Assembly (NCBI GenBank): GCA_012295275.1
Contig: CM022665.1
Span: forward strand, 28,396,001 to 28,460,000
Source: Chrysomallon squamiferum
Lineage: Eukaryota > Animalia > Mollusca
Length of the DNA stretch: 64,000 nucleotides
Direction of reading: 5' to 3'
The notes below the pieces were generated by a model that was given only the letters and a program-made list of their open reading frames with translations, was not told the DNA's origin and did no database searches. Both the position numbers and the translations under genes were made by a program. Positions within the stretch are counted from its first letter, which is position 1. Each line of letters opens with the position of its first letter. Positions 15,323 to 27,688 of this stretch are shown here, one piece after another.

Positions 15323-15787
15323 AGTATCATTTAAAGAAGACAAAAAGACATTAGACTTATCTACATTAATGTGTATACGTATAAGTTTACCACTAAACTG
15401 TGCGGATATAGCTAGTTTGTGCCATCTTCACAAATCAAGGGTGGCGTCAGAACAACGGAACAAGTCTCTTGTATTTGTTCCGATATGAGGTTAGTGGGAG
15501 TTTAGAATGAACTGAGAGTAGGAGGCTTGTAAAACAAAGGTGTAATAATTTAGCAACACCCAGAAACACTTTATAAACACCAGTGTAGGAGTTCAGGCGG
15601 GTGTAATATACTGCTTCAAAGTAATGCGGTGAAAATATAATAATAACGGAAGACTACATATAAACATATATGCGTACATACGTACGTACACATACACATA
15701 CATATATGAACACATGCAGTTTTTTTTACATATTCTTTATATGTATGTGTGTGTGTGTGTTTTTTTTTACGATATTCTTTATTTCCT

Positions 15788-15833
<46 letters not shown>

Positions 15834-15902
15834 CGTGTGTGGAGTATTTGTTTCTAGGATTGGATATTATTGTACGAATGTGCGTGTTCGTGTTTGCATG
15901 CA

Positions 15903-15933
<31 letters not shown>

Positions 15934-16539
15934 AATACCTAAAAGACATTTTCAATCATTGTCATCTCTGATGAAAACCGGTTAAACGTAAAAAAGGGAC
16001 CGTGTTCTTTAAAGTGTAGATGGCGGCTGCTAAAAGCCGGACGTCCCACTCGGGGAATGTTCAAAAGTGTGTGTACTAAACTCTAGTCTCTCCTGTGCTG
16101 GTAGATAAAACTGTACACATCCGTCCTGGTCTCACAGATAAATACGTTTCTTGTATCTGCAGGACAATCGTATTTCCTGGTACTATTTTAAATTCTTACT
16201 TTCGAGTTATGGTCTGTACGTGCCACTTAGCCATGCACCTTTTCTTTACTTGTCGTGTACACCGGATTTCTTTGTGATTCTTTTTAAATATGTTTTTTTT
16301 TTTTATTATTTGGAATACTATACTGTTTGTTATTTTCTTTATGTCTTTTTTTATTGCTGATGTTATTTCTTTATATCCATTTATTTTTAAAAAATTTTAT
16401 TATTTTTATTTTTTTTTTTTTTTATTATTTTTTTTTTTATTATTATTATTTGTTCACATTTATTTTTGTAATTTTTTTTTTTGACTAACTTTTTTCTTAA
16501 TATCTTTCTTTCTTTCTTTGTAGTTTTACTGCGGATAAG

Positions 16540-16580
<41 letters not shown>

Positions 16581-16844
16581 ACCTATCTTCTAATTTACAA
16601 TTTACATGTTTATATCCAGCTAGCTGTGAAATGGTCCACAACGAAGTTAAACGATAAATATACATTTTTATTGGCAATAACGCCGTGTATCTAGTTTTAA
16701 ATTAGCGCGTTTAGCAGGTGATAATACAGTGTTTGGAAGTTCTGACAGGCAAACATTTCTCATGGTAAGGTATACTGTATGAGTCACTGCTGCTAGATAT
16801 AATGGGTGTGAAGAAAAAATGTGTGTTTAATGTCAATCACTGAT

Positions 16845-17530
16845 TAATTTAAGACCTATTGACTTCGGCTTTTAAATCCAGCCAATGACTTTTTAAAGAC
16901 AAATGTTTGTGGGTAATGCGATTAATACTCGGCGGTTTTGTAGTGACTTAGCTCAACGGCTTTTAAGACAAACATCTGCGGCTTTCACACTGAATTTTAG
17001 TGACAAATATCTGCGGCTTTTAAGACGAGTAACCAGTGACTTTTAATGACAAATAGCTGCAACTTAAAAAAATCAATTTAAAAAAAAATCTCTATTGAAT
17101 TTTAGTGACAAGTGTTTGGGGTCTTTTAAGACGAACAGCCAATGACTTTTAATGACAAATACTTGTACGTTTAAGTTCCAGCATCATAACAGTTTTAAGA
17201 ACGAAATTAATAAACCAATAACCAATACGTTTTTAATTACAATAGCTCTACCATTTGAGACCAAAAACCAATGGCTTTTAATGGTCCAATAACCGTAAAA
17301 TATCAGTAACTTTTTATACAAATAAATCAGTGTTTTTAATATCAAGATATCAAAGGCGTTTAAAACGAAATATCTCTGACTTTTAATACCAAAACACCAT
17401 TTTTTTTTTTTTTTTAAATATCTACACTGAGTATATTTTAATGATAAATACAAGCAGTTTTGAGCACAAAACCACCTTAGGGTTTAAATATAATGTCAGA
17501 AGATTTTACTAACAAAATATCAGTGATTTT
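16845..17530. repeat. Highly degenerate ~22-bp minisatellite (TTTTAATGACAAATATCTGCGGC-like)
   Basis: TTTTAA(G/T)GACAAA and GGCTTTT recur with a roughly 21-23 bp period, decaying towards the right. Confidence 0.65.
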
Positions 17531-17865
17531 TTAAACTAACTTTGAACGACCTCTGATATCAGCAGTCATTGTCTTATAATAATAAATGTTTTACCCTTTA
17601 ATTGTTCATTTTCTGCTGTTATTGTTCTCAAGTTGACGGAAGAAGAATAGTCGAGAAAGCAAGATAAAAATCAGTTTCTAGTTTTTCCTTATAAACAAGA
17701 CAGGAACACATCCTTCCGTCCATTTCTTTTGATCATATCTTTGTATTAAATCTAAATATTTACTTTCCGCTTCAGTTTAATGACCACAAATAAATAAATA
17801 AATAAATAAATAAACAATAGTACTGGTAGGCCAAGTTCATTATATACAGAGGTAATCAGGTATTG

Positions 17866-17933
17866 CGGTAGACGAGTTTTTTCTACGAAATGGGAATTAT
17901 ACGAACTGGGAATTCTACCAAATGGGAAGACAC
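17866..17933 (-). mobile_element. Probable DNA-transposon terminus with 17-bp subterminal repeats
   Basis: Three tandem ~17-bp units (TCTACGAAATGGGAATT-like) ending in AGACACC. The reverse complement reads GGTGTCTTCCCATTTGGTAGAATTCCCAGTTCGT..., similar to the TTCCCATTTGATCTA motif beside the MULE fragment near 40.8 kb. Confidence 0.5.
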
Positions 17934-19402
17934 CACTAGTAATTGTAGTAGTAGTAGTAATAACAATAATAAATTAATTAATTAATTAAAATAAAAAAAT
18001 AAAAACAATTTAAATTTTTTAAAATCAAGAAAGAAATGTAATACAAGTCTTAAACTTTCAAATGATGTATATTATAAATTTAGAGCCATAAATATATCTC
18101 AGAGATTTGAATTTGGATAAGAAATGTGCATTCACTTCTTGAAATAATTTCGCTTCTTCTTTGTTCTACCCCCATCATCACCCCACCCACCACCACCACC
18201 ACAGTGCAGCCACCCAGTTATCTATTTCCAGCCCATCAAAAATAGAAAAAACATTAAATATTAACAATTACTGTTTACATTTATAATGCAATAATTTTTC
18301 TTTTTTCTTCATCTTCTTTTTTTTTTTTTTTTTCTTTTTTTTAAAAAGATAATGGTCTTTAAAATGTCCATGTATGAACAGAACCCCAAATCACGTTATC
18401 GCATGTCATATGACGTCACGTGTCTTGAAGACTAGTATAGTAAGGAGGAAAAAAACGTCATCAATAATTTCCTTAACACGTGACAGCGGAAGTCTTATTT
18501 ATAGTTAACCTTCCTTAATTTAGGAAACATTTTTCCATTCCTCAAATTTATTTTATTCATTATTTATTTATTTTAAATATTTACTTTCTTTTAAAAATAT
18601 TTATTTATTTATTTATTTACTTACTTACTTGTTTATTTATATAATTGACTATTTCTATAGTTATTATATTTATACCCTTTTATTCAAGATTATTCTTTTT
18701 TGTTTGTTTTTTCTTTCTTTTTTTCCAGTTATTTTTCTTTTTTAACAAACATTTCAGAAAACTTGTTAACACAGGAATACATTGAAACAGATATTTAAGT
18801 GGATATGCTCAGCCGGTTTTCACATCAAACCAACCCCGCCCTGCTCTAATAACTTCAGGAAGACTACCGTTCTAGATTTAATTGTTTTAATTATTTTATA
18901 TTTATCGTTTATTTGTTTATATCCTTTTTTTTTTCTTTTTTTTTTAAATTTCTTTTATAGTATTTTTCGTACAGCAGCGGATGAATATACTAGTAATTTC
19001 TGTGAGTTGTATTTGTTGTTCTCACCTATATAAAATACATTTGCATTACAAATGGAAATATATATCGTATGTAACACCTAAACTGTTTTCAGCAGCTGAT
19101 TAAACAATTGTGTCACACTGTTATACTTTTGTACAGTTATCTATATTGCTGACGAATCTGAAATAAGGGTCAGTTGCTCATGTGCTGTGTTTGTTCGGAC
19201 GTATTTGTGTGTATGTATGTTTGTATGTATCTAAGTATGTGTGTGTGTGTGTATGTATGTATGTGTATATGTGTATGTTTGTATGTATGTATGTGTATAT
19301 GTGTACGTGTATGTGTGTATGTTTGTGTGTATGTGTGCTTGAATGTATATATATATGTGTGTGTGTGTAACTAAAGATTTGTGTGAGTATTTGTGTGTGT
19401 GT

Positions 19403-19477
<75 letters not shown>

Positions 19478-20038
19478 TGTATATATACATGTTAATTATA
19501 TTAATGCTTGTTTTGTACTGAAAAATAGCTTGTGTCATATTTTAGAAATTTCATTGATCGAGCAGTTTATTAATTTATCTCAAAACGTACAACATTATTA
19601 ACATTTATTAACTGTCAATTGCATGTTTCATGTACATATATTAGTTACTTTTACCAATTTATATCAACGTTTTTATATGACCAATCTGTGTGTATATATG
19701 TATGCATGTATTCATGTTTTTATATATATATATATATATATTCATATATTCAGATAGGTATATTATAAATACTTTTTTATTTATGCAGTTATTTATTTGT
19801 TTACTTATTTTTGTTTGTTTAGAGAAACTATTAATTTACGATAATTGTTAGCTATAATGTAAAAAATTCATACATTTATTTATTTATTTATTTTTGTATG
19901 TTTTTTTGTTTTGTTGATGTTATTTTTGTCTTTGCTTTAGTTTTTGTGTCTTTTGTTGCTTCTTCTTCTGTTTTTTCTTTTTATTTTTGTTGCTTTTGTT
20001 GGTTCCTTTTTTTTAAAACCTTATCAAATTTCTATTTA

Positions 20039-20069
<31 letters not shown>

Positions 20070-20267
20070 TTTTTTTTTTTTTTTTTCTGATGTTTAGGTA
20101 TTTGAAAAAAATGATATAAAAACGCACTAAATATAAAACACGTCTTTCATTATTTAAATATTACATGATAATAAGTTTGCATAAAATTATGACGAAAACA
20201 GTTTACAAAATAATGTCAGATCACAAAAGTTGAATATAAGTTTGAACATGAAATGACTTTTGTTGTA

Positions 20268-20315
<48 letters not shown>

Positions 20316-20326
20316 TTTTTTTTTTT

Positions 20327-20364
<38 letters not shown>

Positions 20365-21253
20365 GAATGTAACAATATTAATTGGCAAGTAACTTATATA
20401 GGAACACAAAAAGGGGACGTCTTCTTAATTCTGTAATTCTGAATTTTATTATAACATTTCCCCAAACATCAGAATGGGAAAAACTGCGTCCCAGGTCCCA
20501 ACCGAGTTATACAAATGACGGTTTGATACTTTACAGAGTATAAAGAAGAGAGAGAAAAGACAAACTATTGTAACTTACAGCATAAATAAAAGACGTATTA
20601 ACATAACATAAAGCCATGAAAATAAATAAAAGGGAAAAGGAAAAAAAAAAAAGAAGAAGAAGACAAACAGGGTCTTTGTTATTTTGTAATACACAATTTA
20701 TTGTTCTACCGTTATAACATATGACGTGTTCTCGCTTACATTTCCCCTTTCAAATTCGATGTACTTTGTATACTGTGTTACAAATGACAGGTGAGTGAAA
20801 TTGGTCGACGACAACATCAAACGCTTTGTACGGGTTGTCATTGTGTTTGTCAGGCAGTTATAATGAAAAAAAATAAATTAAAAATATTTTAAGCGTGACA
20901 GGCTGAAAAGGATATAGGATTTTTCTTCAATTTTTCCTTTCATTTATTCTTTTTTTCTTTTTTTAAAGTAAAAAAAAAAAATAATAATAATAAAATTTGT
21001 TTTTTTTTAAAAAAAAAAGCATATCTAGTTTTCTCGTTTTGGTCATGGTTTTTAATAAAGAAATTTCAAAAAGATTGCTGAATATCTTTTTATTCTCCGA
21101 TCGAAAAAATACCTTTACATTTGTGCGTTGAATAATTTGTCCTGGGTACTTACTTATTATTTTTTTAGGTTGCTATTAGATGAAGGAAAAAAACGCAAAA
21201 AAACAAAGTTTTATTAATGACGCATTGACAACATTTTTATATGTGTCGCTCAC

Positions 21254-21285
<32 letters not shown>

Positions 21286-21469
21286 GCGCATCAGAGTGTG
21301 TTTTATATCTTCGTGATTTTCCAGCATACTCGTTTCATCATTTTTCATAACTGATTTTAACGCAGAAATAACCGCCACCCCACACACACAAAAAAAAAAA
21401 AAAAAAAAATAGAGAAAACTGGCTCGCAAACTGTCTTGAAATGCGAAGTCAAAACACGCATTCTGTATC

Positions 21470-22590
21470 ACAACGTAAGGTCGAGAATGTGCCTAGTGTG
21501 ATAATTAAGGGTAAAAAAACCCATTCCTAGTCTTATAACTTGAGGTCAAGAACTGGCCTGATCTTATAACTTGAGGTCAAGAACTGGTCTAGTCTTATAA
21601 CTTGAGGTCAAGAACTAGCCTAATCTTATAACTTGAGGTCAATAACTGGCCTAGTCTTATAACTTGAGGTCAATAACTGGCTCAGTCTTATAACTTGAGG
21701 TCAAGAACTGGCCTAGTCTTACAATTTGAGGTCAATAACTGGCCTAGTCTTATAACTTGAGGTCAATAACTGGCCTAATCTTATAACTTGAGGTCAATAA
21801 CTGGTCTAGTCTTATAACTTGAGGTCAATAACTGGCTCAGTCTTATAACTTGAGGTCAAGAACTGGCCTAGTCTTATAACTTGAGGTCAATAACTGGCCT
21901 AGTCTTATAACTTAAGGTCAAGAACTGCCCTAGTCTTATAGCTTGAGGTCAATAACTGGCCTAATCTTATTACTTAAGCTGAAGAACTGGTTTAATCTTG
22001 TAACTTGAGGTCAAGAACTGGCCTAATCTTATTACTTAAGGTGAAGAACTGGCCTAGTCTTACAACTTAAGTCAAGAACTGGCCTAGTCTTATAACTTAA
22101 GTCAAGAACTGGCCTGGTCTTACAACATAAGGTCAAAAACTGGCCTAGTCTTATAACTTAAGGTGAAGAACTGGCCTGGTCTTACAACATAAGGTCAAAA
22201 ACTGGCCTAGTCTTATAACTTACGGTCAAGAACGCGCCTAATCTTATAACTTAAGGTCAAGAACGGGCTTAGTCAGTCTTATAATATAAGGCCAAGAACG
22301 CACCTAGTTTTATAATTCAGATCAGGAATAAGCATAAGTTTTATAATTTACGATCAAGAAAGCATTGTCTTATAAATTATGGTCAATAATAACACCCGTA
22401 TTCTTATCGTACATAGTCAATAACGCACCTAGTCTGATACCGCGCTGAGTCAAGGGTGTGAATACCGTCCTATAACGTAAGGTCCAGAAATGCATAGAGT
22501 ATAATGGTAGGATCAAGAACGTGCGTACTGTCATTTAACACAGGATCAAGAACACGCGTACTGTCCTATAAAGACGGGTGAAGAACACGC
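21470..22590. repeat. 31-bp minisatellite (TCTTATAACTTGAGGTCAAGAACTGGCCTAG), about 35 units with a homogeneous core and diverged edges
   Basis: Units read directly. The core at about 21526-22260 is highly similar; copies at either side are degenerate. Confidence 0.95.
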
Positions 22591-23219
22591 TGCCCGTCTC
22601 TTTTCATGTTGCCTCTGAACGAGAAGACAGGTTTGTAAAGCTGTTAGCAAGATAAAACGAGACCACAGTAAATAAAGTCAGTCTGAGTCACGTCAATGTT
22701 TGTAAACACGATGGCTTTTCAATAGTTGTGTTGAATATACCGCAGTTCATTGCGTATAGACTACGTTAGATCCTTTATTTTTAGTACAGAAGAACTAAGA
22801 TGACTTATTGATGTTTGCTTTTATTTTTTTTTTTTTTTTCTTATTCTTTCTTTCTATTTTATTTTATTTTATTATTTTTTTATTATTATTATTATTTTTT
22901 GTTGCTTACTCAAGTCGAAACTTTTTAAGGACGTATTTCTGTGTATCATATAAATTATATGCATGTATGTGCATTGATAGAAACATAGATAATAATGTTT
23001 GAAAAGAAAGTATCAGATTACATCGTACAACAAAACAAAAAACATGTTTAAAAATGTTTTTGTATGTGGGTGTGTGTATACGAATATGTCTATATATGGT
23101 TGCAGGTATATAATATGTATGTGACATTTATCTTATAACGGCTAACTGGATTGGTTCATCAGTATAGTCGTATGTTATGTATACGATTTACATATACTTC
23201 TGCACATATACACACATGT

Positions 23220-23250
<31 letters not shown>

Positions 23251-23264
23251 TACATACATACACA

Positions 23265-23295
<31 letters not shown>

Positions 23296-23497
23296 TTACT
23301 TCCATCACCATTTCAGTATAAAAAATAATTAAAGAATCTAAGTGTCCGCATTTGTGTAAAGATTATCAATAGATCAGGCACATTTATTTCTAGTCTATTA
23401 AAAGAATATTAACATATGGATCTACATTGTTCAATTCACTCCTGTTGTAATTTTTTAATTTTATATATAGATACATACATACATACATACATACCTA

Positions 23498-23641
<144 letters not shown>

Positions 23642-24113
23642 AAAAATCCTAAACTATATATATATATAAATATATAACATCACTAATTAACACTAAACAT
23701 ATCCTGTACATTTAAGTACATTAGGGCCATCCATCCCAGCCTCTTTTCTCTTTTCCTTTTCTTTTTCTTTTATCTTTTATAATTTAACAGTGAAATTTAT
23801 TTCATCTTGAGAGTTACAGTAACGATTCCCTTTCTTGTAAATCCTGGATTCGCCTTTGCATATCCGTATTATATAAACCATGAGCGCCTGTGTTACGAAA
23901 TGTAGACATATGTAAATGTAAACGATGTCGGTTAACGGAAAGACAGAGCCTCGTGTTGTCTAATATCTCTGTTATCAGTCAGTTCCAGCCACTGATATCT
24001 TAGACAAGTGGCTCAGTTTAGAAGGTCGAATTAGATTACCTCTTGTGTTTGTTGAAATGAGTGTGTGTAATTGTGTGCGGGAGTGTATCTTGTTTGTGTA
24101 TCGTGTGTTTGTT

Positions 24114-24212
<99 letters not shown>

Positions 24213-24395
24213 CTTTGTGCAATATGCTTATTTATGATGTGTCCATATTAAAATGTATGTGTACATTAATGTATTATGTGCAATATTGTATTTAGCTGTC
24301 TAGGTTTTTGCCAGTGTGTGTGTGTGTTTTTGTGTTTGAAGTACGTATGTATGCATGTATAAATGTATATGTATATATGTATGTATGTGTGTGAG

Positions 24396-24487
<92 letters not shown>

Positions 24488-24949
24488 TAGATAGATAGAT
24501 AGATAGATATATATATAGATATATGTAAGTATGTACATATTAAGTATTTACATATGTACTTATGTGTGGGCGGGTGTGTTTGCGTTATGATGATTGATGA
24601 ATAAATTATTATGACTCTTAGGGATGCGTTAGAAACATCACGTGAAAGCTAAGAATATAAATGATATAATAGACACGATTGTGTCACATGTTACATCACA
24701 TGGTAAACTACATTTGTGTCATAGGAAATAAAAGCAGAACCTCCTACACACTGAGACGCGTGCTTTTCAAACTCGAAACATAATTTAACTCCCACTTCTT
24801 AACTATGCCCTCTGTAGTTACATGATACATCTTTATGTTTCTTGTTAAAGATTTCTTCTTCTTCTTCTTCTTTTTTTTCTTTTTTTTTTTAAATTGTTGG
24901 TCACGATTAACAGCAGTCTTTTACATTGGCGTGTTTCTCTTTAACGTTT

Positions 24950-25063
24950 TATTATTATCATTATCACTATTATTATTATTATTATTACTATTATTATTAT
25001 TATTACTATTATTATTATTATTATTATTATCACTATTATTATTATTATTATCATCATTATCAC

Positions 25064-25118
<55 letters not shown>
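24950..25118. repeat. (TAT)n microsatellite with TCA/TAC interruptions
   Basis: Trinucleotide run seen directly. Confidence 0.95.
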
Positions 25119-26117
25119 TTGACTGACACATATATTGTTTATCAAATATTATTTTCTAATATTCAGACTGCAAAACGAGTTCTATTAAAAAAATGTATTT
25201 AGGCAAGTGAATGAAGAGTGGTAATTGCGTGTTTATATCTCTTTAGTGTATAGCTTCGCGTATGAATAATCTGTATAAAAAATGTCTACAATACTGAAAA
25301 AAAAAATTTCTCTATGTATCTGCGTAAAAAGACAGGTATGAGCAATCGCTTTTTTTAACGTTAGTTTTGTAAACCGAACAACCGTGGACTCAGTCTTATA
25401 CAACTTTTGTAATTAACAATAACAAAGGAAAAAACAATACTCGTATTATTTATTCTAAAATAAATGTTAACAAATGTTAAGTACTTGCATTATCTTTATC
25501 TGTTGAAAAGATGAAACTAAATTAAATTTTGTTTGAGATCAAGTTATTAATTTTTATTAGTTATCGAATTTGATCAGTGATATACATCGTGAATTCATGA
25601 ACAATGATGGACATTTGCTGTTACTGCTGCACTGATAAATTATCACTGACTTATTTTATTGTTAACAACGAGACCACGAGAAATGGAATTATCTGTCAAA
25701 GATAGGGCTAATGTTAGCATATGTTAAAAGATTAGCTACAGAGAAGAGACACTGTATTTATCTTTATGATAAACTTCCCTCTGTTGGTAGAATTAATCTG
25801 GTAATGCAAGTGTGTTGATCAGTTCCGAGTCTCTGACAAAATATTTTCTCAGTAGTTTACGAGCAATAAATAGGACTGGTTCATAAATTAATCAGACTGC
25901 TTAAATAAATCTTTAATTATTATTCTTTCAGCTTTATGCGAAAAGCATCATCTTAGTACCTTAACGTCTTTTCAGACAAACAACTGCGTTTACTGACTCG
26001 TCATCATTAACAACTCATCCACGTGGAATTACACGTTAGACAGTTTGGATAGCGTAGATGCATTCTTAACTTTAAAAATAAAACCCTTGGGGTTTGCCAA
26101 CAATCCTTAACATGACA

Positions 26118-26224
26118 GTAAGTAAACCTTTTACCTTTAATTACACATCCAAGGACAGTACGATATTAATACTATATGCCTTACCAGGATAACGATCATT
26201 AGTTTTTCAAAATTGTATGGAGTC

Positions 26225-26256
<32 letters not shown>

Positions 26257-26269
26257 CTTTTTGTATCAG
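26118..26269 (+). other. Candidate 5'UTR intron of the GPCR gene
   Basis: Consensus donor GTAAGT at 26118 and a long poly-T tract ending GTATCAG at 26269, 310 nt upstream of the ATG. Confidence 0.45.
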
Positions 26270-26578
26270 GTGAAACAACGCTATCATTGAAATTCTTACT
26301 TGGTTTTCCGTGACAAAAGCTCTGAATACGCACGCGTCAAATGCCAATACAAAAAACTAATAACAGTTCGAAAGTTCGAAATTGTTTACTGTACTGTCGT
26401 CAAGGCGACACATCCGATAAACAGCAAGCTCGAGTAATTCGTATGATAGTAAAATTGTTTTTGCGTGAATGCTCTTGTTGATTTTTAAGCTGATCACATT
26501 TACTGCTCGAAATACTATCAAGTGAATGTTCACTTCGTGTTAACTAATAGTTTATAGTTTATTAGTGAGGGAAAAACA

Positions 26579-27688
26579 ATGTCTGTGTCTGACATTTCAG
26601 TTCGTGTTCCGTTGGGGATGATTTTAATTATTATTGTTATGGCTGGACTCGCTGTCAATATTCTGTCTTTTCTGGTATATATTTTCAGACGACAGCTGCG
26701 TAAACCGCCATATTACTTTCTAGTTCATTTACTCATTGTTGATATACTGGCAGTCGTCTGCTGGACTTGTCTGTCTGCTACTGCTGCAGTGGCTGGAAAA
26801 TGGAGTCTTCCATTTGTCGTCTGCGAGATACAAGGTTACATCATGACGTTTTGTAATCTTATTAACATGCATACACTCACTTTGTTAGCCATTGAAAGAT
26901 GTGTTCTTGTGCTGAAACCCTCCTTTCACGAAGACAGTTTTACTGGAATTTACACGGGATTTTTCATATTTTCTCTTTGGCTGGCAGATGGTGTGATTGC
27001 CGTCTTCTCCGTCGTTCACTGGGCAGAGATGATGTACTCTCCATATCAGTACCAGTGTTATCCCGATCACGATAAAAGTGTTTCCCATTTGAACTTCATG
27101 TTCATCATGACCTACGTTTTTCCTCTGGTTCTCGTTTTCCTTCTCTATGCTGTATCATTTTTCAACATTTATGACGTCAGGAGAAGAAAAGTCTCGCCAT
27201 CTGGAGCTCTCGTTCTGGAAGTGAATCATTCGTCTTTTGGTGACTCCTACTCAGAAAGACTTGCCAGACAACAGGACAAGTTTAGAAACGCTGGTATGAG
27301 ACCTGATAAACCTTATCTTGGCAAATCCATGACATTTACGCGACACGGATACATCGTTAACGACCCCGACAACGAAATAGTTCAGGTTCCCAATAAAGTG
27401 AAGAAGAAGGAATATTTCTTGGCTAAAAACGACTATGAACTGACGAAAGCTTACTTCGTGGTCACCTGCACCTACACAGCTTTATGGATCCCGTATGTAG
27501 TTCTCAGTTACATATGGACATACCAGCCACGGTATTACCTTACAGTGGGATGGGAACTGACAGCAGTTTTTACCATTTTAACACACTGTGGGTCATTCGT
27601 CAAACCTATAGTTTTAGTGTTAATGGTTGAAATGTTCCGTGTCTCTTTTCTGAAAACTGTTATCAAGATAAAAGGAGGAAAAATGTAA
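26579..27688 (+). CDS. Orphan rhodopsin-like (class A) G protein-coupled receptor, 369 aa, intronless CDS
   Basis: Seven hydrophobic segments with class A landmarks: N1.50 (AVN), LRKP..FL..LLIVD (D2.50), W..VCE (C3.25), IERC (DRY variant), W4.50, ECL2 Cys (YQC), FP.......Y in TM5, LWIPY in TM6 and KPIV in TM7. The start context is AAACAATG with an in-frame upstream TAG at 26555. Confidence 0.93.
   Translation: MSVSDISVRVPLGMILIIIVMAGLAVNILSFLVYIFRRQLRKPPYYFLVHLLIVDILAVVCWTCLSATAAVAGKWSLPFVVCEIQGYIMTFCNLINMHTLTLLAIERCVLVLKPSFHEDSFTGIYTGFFIFSLWLADGVIAVFSVVHWAEMMYSPYQYQCYPDHDKSVSHLNFMFIMTYVFPLVLVFLLYAVSFFNIYDVRRRKVSPSGALVLEVNHSSFGDSYSERLARQQDKFRNAGMRPDKPYLGKSMTFTRHGYIVNDPDNEIVQVPNKVKKKEYFLAKNDYELTKAYFVVTCTYTALWIPYVVLSYIWTYQPRYYLTVGWELTAVFTILTHCGSFVKPIVLVLMVEMFRVSFLKTVIKIKGGKM

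Noticed and set aside
21526-22260. Regularly spaced 31-bp repeats resembling a CRISPR array
   Set aside because: Units are head-to-tail with no unique spacers, there are no cas genes, and the context is eukaryotic.
27560-27620. GPCR as an opsin (Lys in TM7)
   Set aside because: The Lys is at 7.49, adjacent to P7.50. The retinal-binding position 7.43 is His.
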